The notes under the pieces were generated by a model that searched no databases, was not told the DNA's origin, and was given only the letters and a program-made list of their open reading frames with translations. Positions 36,473-49,150 of a stretch of 64,000 nucleotides of DNA are shown here, piece after piece; within the stretch, counting starts at the first letter, position 1; the number at the start of each line of letters is the position of its first letter. The stretch is from NCBI RefSeq assembly GCF_963921235.1, contig NC_086118.1, forward strand, positions 19,718,001 to 19,782,000. Reading direction: 5' to 3'. The translations under genes and the position numbers were made by a program. Source of the DNA: Mobula hypostoma (taxonomy: Eukaryota).

Positions 36473-37026
36473 TCTGGTTATTGCACAGACAACAAAGAAT
36501 CAGAATAAATGGGTCTTTTTCAGAATGGAAAGAAGATTGTAATCTGGAAACAGTGTGAGGTCAGTAAGAGAAATGCAAAGGCAGATTTTTCTTTAAATGG
36601 GCAAAGACAACAGGTGAACAAAATACAGAGAAATCTGGGACTTTTCATGCATAAATTGCAAAGAAGTTAGCAGGTAGGAGCAGAAGATAGTTAGGAATGC
36701 ATATGGGTTTTGGTCCTCATTGCAAGAGGGTTGGAGTTTAGAAATAAAGTAATATTTTGCATTGCAGTATAACCTTAGCCGTTCTTGAGACACTCGACAT
36801 AGCATGCCAATAGTAGCAGTGCATAACATAGAGGAGAGAATGGCAGCAAATGGAGGAGTTTATTGACTACAACTGCTTTGTTGATAATGATGACTGTTTT
36901 GCTGCAAATGTACGGTATAAGACAGTTCATCAGTAGAGAAGCGATATGTATTGGAGCAGGAGATCAGAAGGATTAATGGCCCCTAATGTGGACGCCTTTG
37001 CCTGCATCTTTGAAAGCATCTCTATT

Positions 37027-37650
37027 GGAGGGGCGGAGAAGATGGCGGCACGACGCAGCGCGCGCGGCCGCTCTGGAATGATATCGGTATTTGTTAAGTA
37101 GGTACCGTGCACAATCCTGATTGGATGGAGACAGACGTGAGAAGCACAGAGGAACATCTGGAGAGACTTCTGACATGCCCGCTTCACTGCCGCTGCTACT
37201 GTGTGATCGAGGGTAGCAGACACCAACAGAATCAACAAACTCATTCGTAAGGCCAGTGATGTTGTGGGGATGGATCTGGACTCTCTGACGGTGGTGTCTG
37301 AAAAGAGGATGCTGTCCAAGTTGCATGCCATCTTGGACAATGTCTCCCATCCACTACATAATGGACTGGTTGGGCACAGAGTACATTTAGCCAGAGACTC
37401 ATTCCACCGAGATGCAACGCTGAGTGTCATGGGAAGTCATTCCTGCCTCTGGCTATCAAACTTTACAACTCCTCCCTTGGAGGGTCAGACATCCTGAGCC
37501 AATAGGCTGGTCCTGGACTTATTTCCATCTGGCATAATTTACATATTATTATTTAATTATTTATGGTTTTATGTTGCTATATTTATACTCTATTCTTGGT
37601 TGGTGCAACTGTAACAAAACCCAATTTCCCTCGGGATCAATAAAGTATGG

Positions 37651-37693
<43 letters not shown>

Positions 37694-38190
37694 GAATCTC
37701 CGGAGGGGAAGGCCCCAAATCCTCAGCTTTGCCTATTGATTGCCGGCTGGGGCGGGGTCGAAGCGCTCAGTAGAGATGGTGCTCAGTGCTCGGTGTCGGA
37801 GGGCTGGTCGGAGGCTTGAAGTTTTCGGACGGACTCGAGTCGCTGTGGTCGGGTGCTTCCAGGGTGCTGCATTGGCAAGTTTGAGGCGCTGGAGGTTCAT
37901 GGCAGGCAGAGTTTTTCTTTCTTCTACTGTATGTGTGAGATGATGAGACTTTCAAGAGACTTTGAGGCTTTTTTTCCACTGTGCCCGTGGTCTGTTCTTT
38001 ATCAAATTACGGTATTGCTTTGCACTGTTGTAACTATATGTTACAATTATGTAGTTTTTGTCAGTTTTCAGTCTTGGTTTGTCCTGTGTTTCTGTGATAT
38101 CATACTGGAGGAACATTGTATCATTTCTTAATGCATGCATTACTAAATGACAATAAAAGAGGACTGCATGTCCTCATAATCTAATCTAAT
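37027..38190 (+). mobile_element. Full-length 'family A' copy inserted in family B
   Basis: Starts ggaggggcggagaagatggcggc and ends gaggactgcatgtcctcataatctaatctaat; family B sequence resumes afterwards. Confidence 0.88.
37212..37692 (+). mobile_element. Rex1 family R1 3' fragment inserted in family A
   Basis: Nearly identical to the reverse complement of 13260-13680; tail (tgtc)n(tatc)n. Confidence 0.92.
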
Positions 38191-41100
38191 TTCCATCTTT
38201 AATATCTCTATTTTCCCCTTTCAGGGTCCTTTTGAAGACCCTGACCTGGAGTTACACGCTGACTACGGTTCTTTGCGGGAATGGGACCCATTCTCAGGGT
38301 TCACGACTGACTGTTACTCAGCATGCCAAGGACTCAGCTCACAAAAGCTCAGCTCGCCTTTGAAGGGCTGAGATCTTGTGGGTCTGGAGATGGGTGGATC
38401 GAAAGTCGGTGTCCTGGCAGGAGATCAGTGTGTCGTGGGAGATGGAAGGTCTGTGGCTGTGTGCCCAGAGACCCGAGTTCTTTGGGAACAGAGCTCGAAA
38501 AAAGCGACGCAGCAGACTTTTAACATTGTAAACCAGTGAGTTGTTTTTTATGTCTCCCCTGTCACTGTGAAACGGACACATCTCTTTCTCCCTTATTAGG
38601 GAGAGAGAGAGAACCTGTGGTATGTTGAATACCGGGTGAACGAGTAGTCTTTGGAGTACTGCAAGTCTGTGTCTTTCTTGTTGCTTTGCTCACACTTGAG
38701 CGCTCGATGGCAGGTGCCAATACTTTTTTTTGCCGGTGGGGTAGGGGGGATCATTGCTTGCTGCCGCTTACTTGCGGGAGGAAGGGGAGCTGGGGGGGAC
38801 TTTGGGGTTCTAACATTTAAATGTCATTCATTCTTTGGGGGCACTCCTCTGTTTTTCACGGATGGTTGCAAAGGAAAAGCATTTCAGGATGTATGTATGG
38901 TATACATTTCTCTGACATTAAATGTATCTATTGAATCTATGTATTGGTTGGAAGAGGAGAGTAAAAACAGATTGTCCTCACTAAATAACACCTGTATTAA
39001 CTGCATATCATTACAGACTCAATTTTAAGGAGATAGTTGATGAGTAAGCAATGTAGGAAAGTTCACTAGTTTGGTTCTCGAGGTGATAAAGTTCTACTAG
39101 GAAAAACAATTCAGTAGATTGGTCCTATACTTCCTGGAATGTAGAAGAATGAAACGTGATCTTATTGAAGCAAAGGATTATGAGTGACTGTGAGTATAAG
39201 TATCACCGGTATTCCAAAACTTGCAGCGAGCAGTGCTCTGTGCGATATAGCATAGTTCAGATTTGGACATCTGAAATTATTTTGAAGACATGAAAATGAG
39301 TAACAGTGACCTCAATCACCATAACAGAGCAGTGCTAGCACACGTACTCGGCCTGAGGTCTGCCTGCAGAATGTCACATATCTCTGAGCTGTGTACTGGA
39401 GGGATATTTTCACTTCAGAGTGGTTATATTTTCATGTTTTTGTACTTTTTTCTTATAACACAGGAAACCATTCAGCCTTTTCAGTCTATGCCAATTTTCG
39501 GAAAGCCTGAGTCCTTCCCATTATCTTATTTTCCTATGACCCGTTCCCTCTCACCTGTAGAAACTTCCACCCAGTTCTCCCACTAACCACCTACACCAGG
39601 GTTAATTAACTCACCAACCAGCAGATTTTGAGTGTGAAAGGAAATTGGGGGGATTGACAGAGTCACCAATAGGAGACTCTGTGGGAGTAGATATAATATC
39701 TTCAGATATGAACATTTCTCTGCTTCTTCCTTTGGGATTCCTGGCTCAGTCTGTGACGTCTCTCACTTCTATCCTGAAACAAGGTCCCACTGGTAGCACT
39801 CATTGCAAGTAATTTCCAAATGGCGATTTATTAGTTGTGCCTGTGATGATTAGACATTTTGCCATCTGAGGAATAATAATCCATGGGTGTGTAGCGGCCT
39901 CGAGAAGCCTGGTATTCCATTGTAGTGGTGGTCCTTTAAGTAAAATTGCTACATAGGATGCAGAGCTATGAAAACCTATTTGGCTTATGAACACAAAATG
40001 AAAAGCTCAAAACTTGTGCTCCATTAGGCTTGACATATTTAACCTGTGTCAGACCTATTTCAGATGTGTAAGATATTCCAGGTGTGTAAAATATTTCAGA
40101 TGCATCAAAATGTATCTGAATTCGAATTCCACAAGCGTGATGCAACCCTGAGTTGGTTAAAATCACATACCACCCTGGGTTAAATTCATTTTCAATGGCC
40201 TAGTATTGTAGGGATCAACAAAACGCCATCTAATTTCAAAGCAGCAATTCCATTTTCAGATAAATGAACTAAATATCATTGAATCCTTATTCCCCAAGAT
40301 TAAAAGGAAAAACATGAAAGGAGTGAAATCACTCAGGACCCATTCTGAAGTTGAACTGCATAGAAAGCAGCATTGCAGATTCGAGTAGATGACTGGAACA
40401 ATCAATGCAATGTTGCAAACTCGGAGACAGCAGGGTGAAAAATTAAAAAAAAACATTGGTTAATCACTGTGTCCAAGAGTCAAGGACATGTGCATTTGCT
40501 CAATGGCCAATGAGCTCATTAGCATTTATACTGCCTTTATACTTTCCCTCTCTCTGGATAAGTTCTGTTTGAAGCCCAAGGGTTCGCATCAAAACATATA
40601 GTGAGTGGGATGCAAACACTGAAGCTGCAAAAAAAAGAGTTAGATCTCCCAGGCACCACCTATAGATGCAAAAAGGTACATATATTTCATTTGACTGTGG
40701 ATAAACATTATCCTCACTGAGTTTTTCTTCATTAAATATGTTTATTGCTCCTGTCAGGTTCTGACCAGTATAATTTATTTGCTTCCCTGCCTCTTGCTAT
40801 TCCACGTTTATTACTGTCAACTTTAGTTTCTTCAGTTCAATAAGAGAACGAGTGAAAGTGGCTTGATCACACAAGCAAATATTAAGCGTAACTCACATTT
40901 ATTATGCATGTGGATGTCGAAGTTACCCTTCCATTGCAGAGACTTGCCAGCTTTGCTTTATCAAGTAAAAGGGAGAGTGCTGTCTATTCTGGAGGAGATT
41001 TCAAATAATAAGCAGTAAAAATGTTGGACTTTGATCAAATTTACAACAGGAGGTAAGTGGGAGGACAGTACACATCTCAGTATGTTTTTTTTTGATGATG

Positions 41101-41879
41101 TGATACAAATCCATATAAACAGCATAGACTTTGATGTATGATTAGATTTGGGTAACATGTCACTTTTCCTTGTTTATTTTATATTTCAGAGGATGTTGGC
41201 AATGGCCGCATTGTATTTAAAAGTCGGAATTTCTCAGGATTGCTCAAGTTATATTCTGTGGTCTCAATTCAGTGATTTTTGTTTGGAATGGCATATTCTC
41301 CAAACCAACAGTTTGTATCAAATTTCCCCGTGCACATTTGATGCACACTAGAATAACGTTACCATACCTCCTGCACATTTTCTACACTTTCCCCATTTTG
41401 AGCACAAATGGAATTGTGTCGATAATAGTTTAGAAAATTCAAAAAGGTCGAAAGACAAATAAATAAAGATCATTGCAACATCTGAGCCCCCCTGGAGAAT
41501 CTCCCACTCTCAGTATGTATGCATTATATGCATGTGCATATATCAAGATGGACAGTGTTCTTTGACCATAATTCACCTTTGTGATACTTTCCCTATTTAT
41601 TGCTTCCCTGGATGACTTTTTCATTCATGTATCCCTCAGCTCCATGACAATGGCAGGTGTAGCCACTGATGTTACCCTTGATCTTAGGTGGGGTATTACA
41701 TGTGAAGCTTAGTTTTGCACGCACACTGACATTTTGTGTCCTCAAATATCCATCTGGTTCACTTGCATCCTTTAGGAAAGAAAACGTCCTATTCCTTAAC
41801 CAGTCTGTCCTGCAGGTGACACCAGACCAACCCCACTTGGTTAAATCACAAATGGTCCTACAGACTGCATTCTCCGTAA

Positions 41880-42765
41880 CATCAGCCATCTACAATGGGA
41901 TCCTAACCCTAAGCACATCTTTCCCTTTCACCAACTCTCTTCTTTCCACAATGATCACTCTCTATATATGACTTCTTTGTCCACTCGTGCCTACCCTTAC
42001 ATCCCCTCCCTCACAACCATTCAAGGCCCCAAACAGTCCTTCAAATGAGGCAACACTTCACCTGTGAATCTGTTGGAAGCATCTGGTACTCCTGGTGCAG
42101 CTTCCTCTACATCAGTGAGACCCCCGTACATAGGGGGACCACTTTGTGGAATGCCTTCACTTTGTCCTCCACAGAAGGTGGACTTTCCCAGTGATCCCCC
42201 CTTTCAATTCAACTTCTCATTCCCATTCCTACATGTCAGTCCTCTATTGCTATGATGAGACCACAATCAGCTTGGAGGAGAAATGCCTCATTTTCCATGA
42301 GGGTAGCATCTAACCTGATGGCATGAATATTAATCTTTCTAACTTCTGGTAATTTTTCACCTCTTCCCTTTCTTTCTTTTTCTGTTCTCCATTCTGGTTA
42401 CCGTCTCACCCCTCTCTTCTCCTCGCCTGTCCATCACCTCCATCCAGTCCCCTTCATCCTTCCCTTTCTTTCCAAGGTCTATGGTCTCTCCTATCAGATT
42501 CCTTCTTCAGTCCTTTACCATTTCTCCCTTTTGCTTCCCACACACCTCGTCTCACCTATCACCCATCAGATTGTATTCCTTGCCCTCCCTCACCTCCATA
42601 TTCGGGTTTCTTCCCCCTTCCTTTCCAGTCCAGATGCAGGATTTTGGCCCAAAACATCAACTGTCTATTCCCCTCCATCGATGCTGCCTGATCTGCTGAG
42701 TTCCTCCAGCACTTTGTGTGTGTTTCTCTGGATATCCAGTATCAACAAAATCTCTCATGTTTATA
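41880..42765 (+). mobile_element. Old Penelope-like 3' fragment
   Basis: ccccaaacagtccttc..acacttcacctgtgaatc..aacctgatggcatgaa; terminal repeat with a degenerate hammerhead near 42625-42665. Confidence 0.8.
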
Positions 42766-43688
42766 GTTATTGGTGTCTCACCACCACCTTCTAAAGGGCA
42801 AGTAAAGATGAGCTATAAATAAAAACAAGCACTAGAAACACTCTGTATGCTTTTATTCAGGAAGGGCAACGGGGATAAACTAGCTAATTACATGCTTGTA
42901 AGTCTAATGTCAGTAGTGGGCAAGTTACTGAAGATGAAGAAAAAAGCTGCAGGACAGGATGAACCTGGATTGATCAAAGGAAGTCAACTATGCTCAGAGG
43001 AAATCCTGCCTGACCAATTTGATTGCCTTTTTTCAAAAAAGCAACGAAGTGAATTGATGAGGGCAATGTACTTGGTGAGATCTACAGAAACATCATTAGG
43101 ATCTTTGATTAAGTCCCACCTGAGGGACTTCTCCAAAAGATTGAAGCACTAAGGCTCCAAGTCAAGTTGGTAAATTGAATCCAGAAGTGGATTGGTAAAA
43201 TGAAATGGAGCATGAATGGTGGGAGATTATTCTAAAGGTTAGAAGCCTGTAACTAATATAGTAATTGTGATTTTGCTGGGATCCTTTCCTCCATATCCAA
43301 TAATAATTTAAATGTTGAAGTAGGAGGTATGATCAATAAGTTTGTGAAAAACATGAAAATTGTCAGTTTTGATGACAGTGAGGAGGACAGTCCTAAGCTG
43401 CAGGTTAACATTTATCAGTTGGTAGATGGGCTGATCAACGTCAGACAAAACGTCATCCCGATAAGTGCAAGGTGATGCATTTTGGAAGAACTTCTAAGAG
43501 AAGGGTGTATACAATGAATGCTAAGGCCCTAAGGATTGTGAGGAACAAAGGGATCTTTGTGTGCATGTCCAAGGATCTCTGGAGGTGACAGCAAAGATAA
43601 CATGGTTAATGCAGGGTAGTGCCTGCATGTGCTGCAACAGAGAACATAGGAGTAGGGAGGGGATAACACACCTTTATGATTAGGCCAT

Positions 43689-44435
43689 CGCCGGCTGGTG
43701 GCGTAGCGGCATCAGCGCTGGAATATGGGGTGGAGGTAGGGTTGCTAACCGTCCCGTACTAGCCAGCACATCCCATATATTGGGCTAAATTGGTTTGTCC
43801 CAAACGAGTCTGCCCTTGTCCCGTATTTCCCCCGCTAAGGTAGAGCGTTCCTACGAAACCATTCTTAAGCCAAAATGGTGTAAAGCGCAGAAGCAATTAC
43901 CATTAATTTATATGGGAAATTTTTTTGAGCGTTCCCAGACCCAAAAAATAACCTACCAAATCATACCAATAGCACATAAAACCTAAAATAACACTAATAT
44001 ATAGTAAAAGCTGGAATGATATGATAAATACACAGCCTATATAAAGTAGAAATAATGTATGTACAATGTATCAGAATCGGGAAGATTAAGCCTAAACCGA
44101 TTTGTAGAAAAAAATCGACACGTACACAGATGCGCACGTCACTCATGCGCACACAGGTGCCCACGCAAGGCTTCATGGTCATGGTAGTCTTTCTCAGGGT
44201 AAACACAAGTGTCCCGTATTTGACTGCTACTTTTGTCTCTTATTTAGGAGTGAGAAAGTTGGCAATCGAATCCAGCTGGCTCCCGTGCACGCTTTCCATC
44301 CGTGCTGGATTGAGCGTTGAGCTAGCAACTCAATCTTGTAAAAAAGAGAATGCCTCCTACAAAAACATCAACAGCAAAATGTTAATGGCCTATGCGCTCT
44401 CATGAGTTTAAAGGCAATTTCTCTTTTGCTTTCTC
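43689..44435 (+). mobile_element. tRNA-derived SINE with a long TSD (possibly RTE-mobilised), carrying an hAT MITE
   Basis: 14-bp TSD tatgattaggccat at 43675-43688 and 44436-44449; A box tggcgtagcgg; B-box remnant tcgaatcc at 44266. Confidence 0.82.
43737..44265. mobile_element. hAT (Tip100-like) non-autonomous DNA transposon
   Basis: TIR tagggttgctaac (43737-43749) and truncated gttggcaa (44258-44265); subterminal gtcccgta repeats. Confidence 0.7.
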
Positions 44436-44867
44436 TATGATTAGGCCATAATAGGCATACTATGTACATTTCTGGTCACTTTACCATAGAAAGGATATGT
44501 TTCTGCTAGAGATGATTCAGAGAAGAGTCACCAGAATGTTATCTGAGATGGAGCACTTTGGTTATGAGGTTACAATTGATAGGCTGATTTTTCTTTCCTC
44601 GGAGCAGAGAAGGCTGAAGGAGGTGGAAGGGAAGCTGACAGAGGTACACAAAATAATGAAGGGACAAGTAAGGTAGATAGTAAGACACTTTTCGCTAGAG
44701 CAGTACGTAGCAGTGAACCCACAGTACATAGTTTAGGTTTTGGGTTTAGAGAGGATATCAAGAAGAATTTTTTTCACCCAGAGGGTTGTTAGAATTTAGA
44801 ATCTCAAAAAATGTGAAAATATCTGGATGAACATTTGAATTACTAAGGAATAGAGGCTGTGGACAAA

Positions 44868-46216
44868 GTATAACCATATAACCATATAACCATTACAGCA
44901 CGGAAACAAGCCATCTCAGCCCTTCTAGTCCGTGCTGAACACTTACTCTCACCTAGTCCCACAGACCTGCACGCAGCCCAAAACCCTCCACTCCTTTCCT
45001 GTCCATATATCTATCAAATTTAACTTTAAACGACAACATCGAACCTGCCTCAACCACTTCTGCTGGGGGCTCGTTCCACACAGCTACCACTCTCTGAGTA
45101 AAGAAGTTCCCCCTCATGTTACCCCTAAACTTTTGCCCTTTAACTCTCAACTCATGTTCTCTTGTTTGAATCTCCCTCACTCTCAATGGAAAAAGCCTAT
45201 CTATGTCAACACTATCTAATCCCCTCATAATTTTAAACACCTCTATCAAGTCCCCGCTCAACCTTCTATGTTCCAACCTTTCTTTGTAACTCAGGTGATG
45301 AAACTCGGGTAACATTCTAGTAAATCTTCTCTGTACTCTCTCTATTTTGTTGACATCTTTCCCATAATTCATTGACCAAAACTGTACACAATACTCCAAA
45401 TTTGGCCTCACCAATGCCTTGTACAATTTCAACATTAGATTTCAACTCCTATACTCAATTGTCTGATTAATAAAGGCCAGCATACCAAAAGCTTTCTTCA
45501 CCACCCTATCCACATGAGATTCCACCTTCAGGGAACTATGCACCATTATTCCTAGATCCCTCTGTTCTACAGCATTCTTCAATGCCCTACCATTTACCAT
45601 GTATGTCCTATTTTGATAAGTCCTACCAAAATGTAGCACCTCACATTTATCAGCATTAAACTCCATCTGCCATCTTTCATCCCACTCTTCCAACTGGCCT
45701 AAATCTCTCTGCAAGCTTTGAAAACCTACTTCATTATTCACAACTCCACCTATCTTAGTATCATCTGCATACTTACTAATCCAATTTACCACTCATCATC
45801 CAGATCATTAATGCATATGACAAACGACATTGGACCCAGTACAGATCCCTAAGGCAGACTACTAGTCACCGGGGCCTCCAATCTGACAAACAGTTATCCA
45901 CCACTACTCTCTGGCGTCTTCCATCCAGCCACTGCTGAATCCATTTTACTACTTCAATACTAATACCTAACGATTGAACCTTCCTAACTAACCTTCTGTG
46001 TGGAACCTTGTCAGAGGTCTTACTGAAGTCCATATAGACAATATCCACCGCTTTACCCTCATCAACTTTCCTAGTAACCTCTTCAAAAAATTCACTAAAA
46101 TTCGTCAAACATGACCTTCCACGCACAAATCCACATTGACTGTTCCTAATCAGTCCCTGTCTATCCAGACAATTATATAGGCCATCTCTAAGAATACTTC
46201 CCATTAATTTACCCAC
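44868..46216 (-). mobile_element. CR1 RT to 3' end, relatively young
   Basis: SKYADDTKIGG; LKLYKALVRPNLEYCVQFWS; antisense tail (taaccata)n. Confidence 0.92.
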
Positions 46217-46710
46217 CTGTTCTGACATGTCGACCCACAGCCTCCTCTTGTGCCAAGGTGAGACCACACTCAGGGTGGAGGAGCAACACTTTATATTCTG
46301 TCTGAGCAGCCTCCAACCTGATGGCATGAATATCCATTTTACTTTCCAGTGAACAAATTTCCTCCACCCTCTTTCCTCTATTTCCCACTCCGACCTTTCA
46401 CTTCTCACCTGCCTATCACTTCACCCTCCTCCTTCCCTTTCTCCTATTGTCCACTCTCTTCTCCTATAAGATTCTTTCTCCTCTAGCCCTTGACCTTTCC
46501 CACTCATCTGACTTCACCTACCATCTTCCCCTCCCCCCGTCTTTTTATTCTGGCATCTGCTACCTACCTTCTCAATCCCAAAGAGGGGTCTCGGCCCAAA
46601 ACTTCAACTGTTTACACTCTGTCATAGATACCGCCTGACCAGCTGAGTTCCTTCAGCGTTTTGTTTGTTTTGCTTTGGATTTCCAGCATCTGCAGATGTC
46701 CTCGTGTTTA
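46217..46710 (+). mobile_element. Penelope-like 3' fragment
   Basis: cacactcagggtggaggagcaacac..ctccaacctgatggcatgaa; terminus ttccagcatctgcag; degenerate hammerhead near 46572-46610. Confidence 0.82.
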
Positions 46711-47047
46711 TAGTTGTGCAGGAGCTGGAAATCAAGTCAAAATTGCTTTGCATGTGCCACACCATTATTTGTAGAGGTTAACGCTGTTACTCAAGCAGAG
46801 CAAGCGTCAAGCCCCTATGGAATCATATAATTGAAGTTTAATCAGCAACTAGTGGGCAAATCACTGATCATCTCTTTGACTAGCCCTATTGGGGGATTCT
46901 CATTCAGATATTTTCAGATGTGTGATGTTAAACAAGGACATGAGCTGGAATGTGGAGCTGCAATTTGACACTGCTGGTATCAAACTAGTGTTCAGTATTT
47001 GGCTCCTTTACATTCTTCGAGTGGTCTTTAGCAGTGTTAGAACCTTC

Positions 47048-47188
47048 TTTAGGGGGTCAGGGGGTATGGAGGGAAGGCTGGTGCAGGGTTCTGAGTTGGA
47101 TGATCAGCCATGATCATACTGAATGGCGGTGCAGGCTCGAAGGGCCGAATGGCCTACTCCTGCATCTATTTTCTATGTTTCTATGTTT
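47048..47188 (+). mobile_element. CR1 3' tail
   Basis: gatcagccatgatcatactgaatggcgg..gggccgaatggcctactcctgc..ttctatgtttctatgttt. Confidence 0.8.
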
Positions 47189-47811
47189 AATACAGTCAGC
47201 TGCTGACAACTTTCAGCTGTGGCAATGGTCACCATATTGGCCAACTTCTTCACCTTTCACTCTCAAACAATGGATGCTGAAGCAGTCAAAATGTGCAACC
47301 TTTGTATTTCAATTTCTTGCATTATAATTACATTGTTGTAATTACATTAACTGATTGAAATAAAACAAAATTTATGTCAAAAATGGCATGACTGCAACCT
47401 ATACTTTTGTGCCACTTGTTCCTTCACACTGTTCTCCCTCTTGGCACTTGCCCCCACAAGTGTGACCAGTGCTACCACCTGCCCCTTCACTTCTCCTCTC
47501 ACCTCAATCCACATTCTGCTGAAATCATCTACTGCATCCATTGTTCCCTCTATAACCTTGAGACCGAACATCGACTTGGGACCACTTTGTTGAGCACCCT
47601 CACTCTGTTCACTGCAAAAGGCACGATCTCCAGTGGCTGCCTATCTCAGTGAGATTTCCCATTCCCATTCTACCACTCTTTCTCTTCTCCATACCTGCCA
47701 ATCACCTACCTTTGGTTCTCCTCCTCTTTCTCTTTCTTCATGGCTCTCTGACCCCTCCTGTTTGATTCCTTCTCTTTCACCCCTTTACCTTCCATCCATT
47801 ACATCCCAGCC

Positions 47812-48259
47812 TACTTTGTCAAGTAGGATGCCATGCACAATCTTGATTTGATGGAGACAGACATGAGAAGCACAGAGGAACATCTGGAGAAACTCCTGGA
47901 ATGCCCGCTTTGCTGCCGCTGCTACTGTGTGATCGAGAATCTCCGGAGGGGAAGGCCCCGAATCCTCGGTTTTGCCTGTTGCCTGTTGCCGGGGCCGGGG
48001 TCGAAGCCCTCGGCAGAGATGTTGCTCGGTGCTCAGTGTTGGAGGGCTGGTCGGAGGCTCAAAGTTTTCGGACGGACTCAAGAGTCGGCTGTGGTCGGGT
48101 GCTTCCAGGGTGCTGCATCGGCAAGTTTGCGAAGCTGGAGGTTCATGGCAGGGAGAGTTTCTCCCTTCTACCGTCTGCGTGAGATGATGGGACTTTCGAG
48201 ACTTTGAGACTTTTTTTTTACCGTGCCCATGGTCTGTTCTTTATCAAATTACGGTATTG
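47812..48259 (+). mobile_element. 'Family A' copy lacking its 3' part
   Basis: Homologous to 37090-38015; ends abruptly at acggtattg, where the Penelope copy begins. Confidence 0.85.
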
Positions 48260-48367
48260 TTTTTAAATGCAAACAACAGGAATTCTGCAGATGCTGGAAA
48301 TTCAAGCAACACACATCAAAGTTGCTGGTGAACGCAGCAGGCCAGGCAGTATCTGTAGGAAGAGGTG

Positions 48368-48405
48368 CAGTCGACGTTTCAGGCCGAGACCCTTCGTCAG
48401 GACTA
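48368..48405 (-). ncRNA. Minimal type I hammerhead ribozyme with intact core
   Basis: tagtc-CTGACGA-agggtctcggcct-GAAAC-GTC^gactg; stem I agtc/gact; palindromic ACGU stem III. Confidence 0.78.
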
Positions 48406-48699
48406 ACTGAAGGAAGAGTGAGTAAGGGATTTGAAAGTTGGAGGGGGAGGGGGAGATCCAAAATGATAGGAGAAGACAGAAGGGGGAGGGATAGAGCCAA
48501 GAGCTGGACAGGTGATAGGCAAAAGGGGATACGAGAGGATCATGGGACAGGAGGTCCGGGAAGAAAGAGAAGGAGGGGGGGGACCCAGAGGATGGGCAAG
48601 AGGTATATTCAGAGGGACAGAGGGAGAAAAAGGAGAGTGAGAGAAAGAATGTGTGCATAAAAATAAGTAACAGATGGGGTACGAGGGGGAGGTGGGGCC

Positions 48700-49150
48700 T
48701 TAGCGGAAGTTAGAGAAGTCGATGTTCATGCCATCAGGTTGGAGGCTACCCAGACGGAATATAAGGTGTTGTTCCTCCAACCTGAGTGTGGCTTCATCTT
48801 TACAGTAGAGGAGGCCATGGATAGACATGTCAGAATGGGAATGGGATGTGGAATTAAAATGTGTGGCCACTGGGAGATCCTGCTTTCTCTGGCGGACAGA
48901 GCGTAGATGTTCAGCAAAGCGGTCTCCCAGTCTGCGTCAGGTCTCGCCAATATATAAAAGGCCACATCGGGAGCACCGGACACAGTATATCACCCCAATC
49001 GACTCACAGGTGAAGTGTTGCCTCACCTGGAAGGACTGTTTGGGGCCCTGAATGGTGGTAAGGGAGGAAGTGTAAGGGCATGTGTAGCACTTGTTCTGCT
49101 TACACGGATAAGTGCCAGGAGGGAGATCAGTGGGGAGGGATGGGGGGGAC
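48700..49150 (-). pseudogene. Penelope Zn-linker and GIY-YIG endonuclease
   Basis: PGTYPCKQNKCYTCP..FTCESIGVIYCVRCSRCGLLYIGET*RRLGDRFAEH..LQPDGMNIDFSNFR*; the internal TGA at 48937-48939 is consistent with CpG decay of CGA. Confidence 0.9.

Larger units (their letters stand above)
36955..38937 (+). mobile_element. Non-autonomous retroposon 'family B' (~800 bp without inserts), host of a nest
   Basis: 10-bp TSD tatgtattgg at 36945-36954 and 38938-38947; homologous to 50614-51426 (minus). Confidence 0.85.
42845..44865 (+). mobile_element. Old CR1 RT to 3' fragment, interrupted at 43689-44435
   Basis: NYMLVSLMSVVGKLL; gataagtgcaaggtgatgcattttggaag; ttttttcacccagagg. Confidence 0.7.

Noticed and set aside
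43689..43736. tRNA gene
   Set aside because: Only an A box without a cloverleaf; it is a SINE head bounded by a TSD.
45866..46408. 180-aa ORF
   Set aside because: Chimera of antisense Penelope sequence read into a CR1 RT fragment across their junction.
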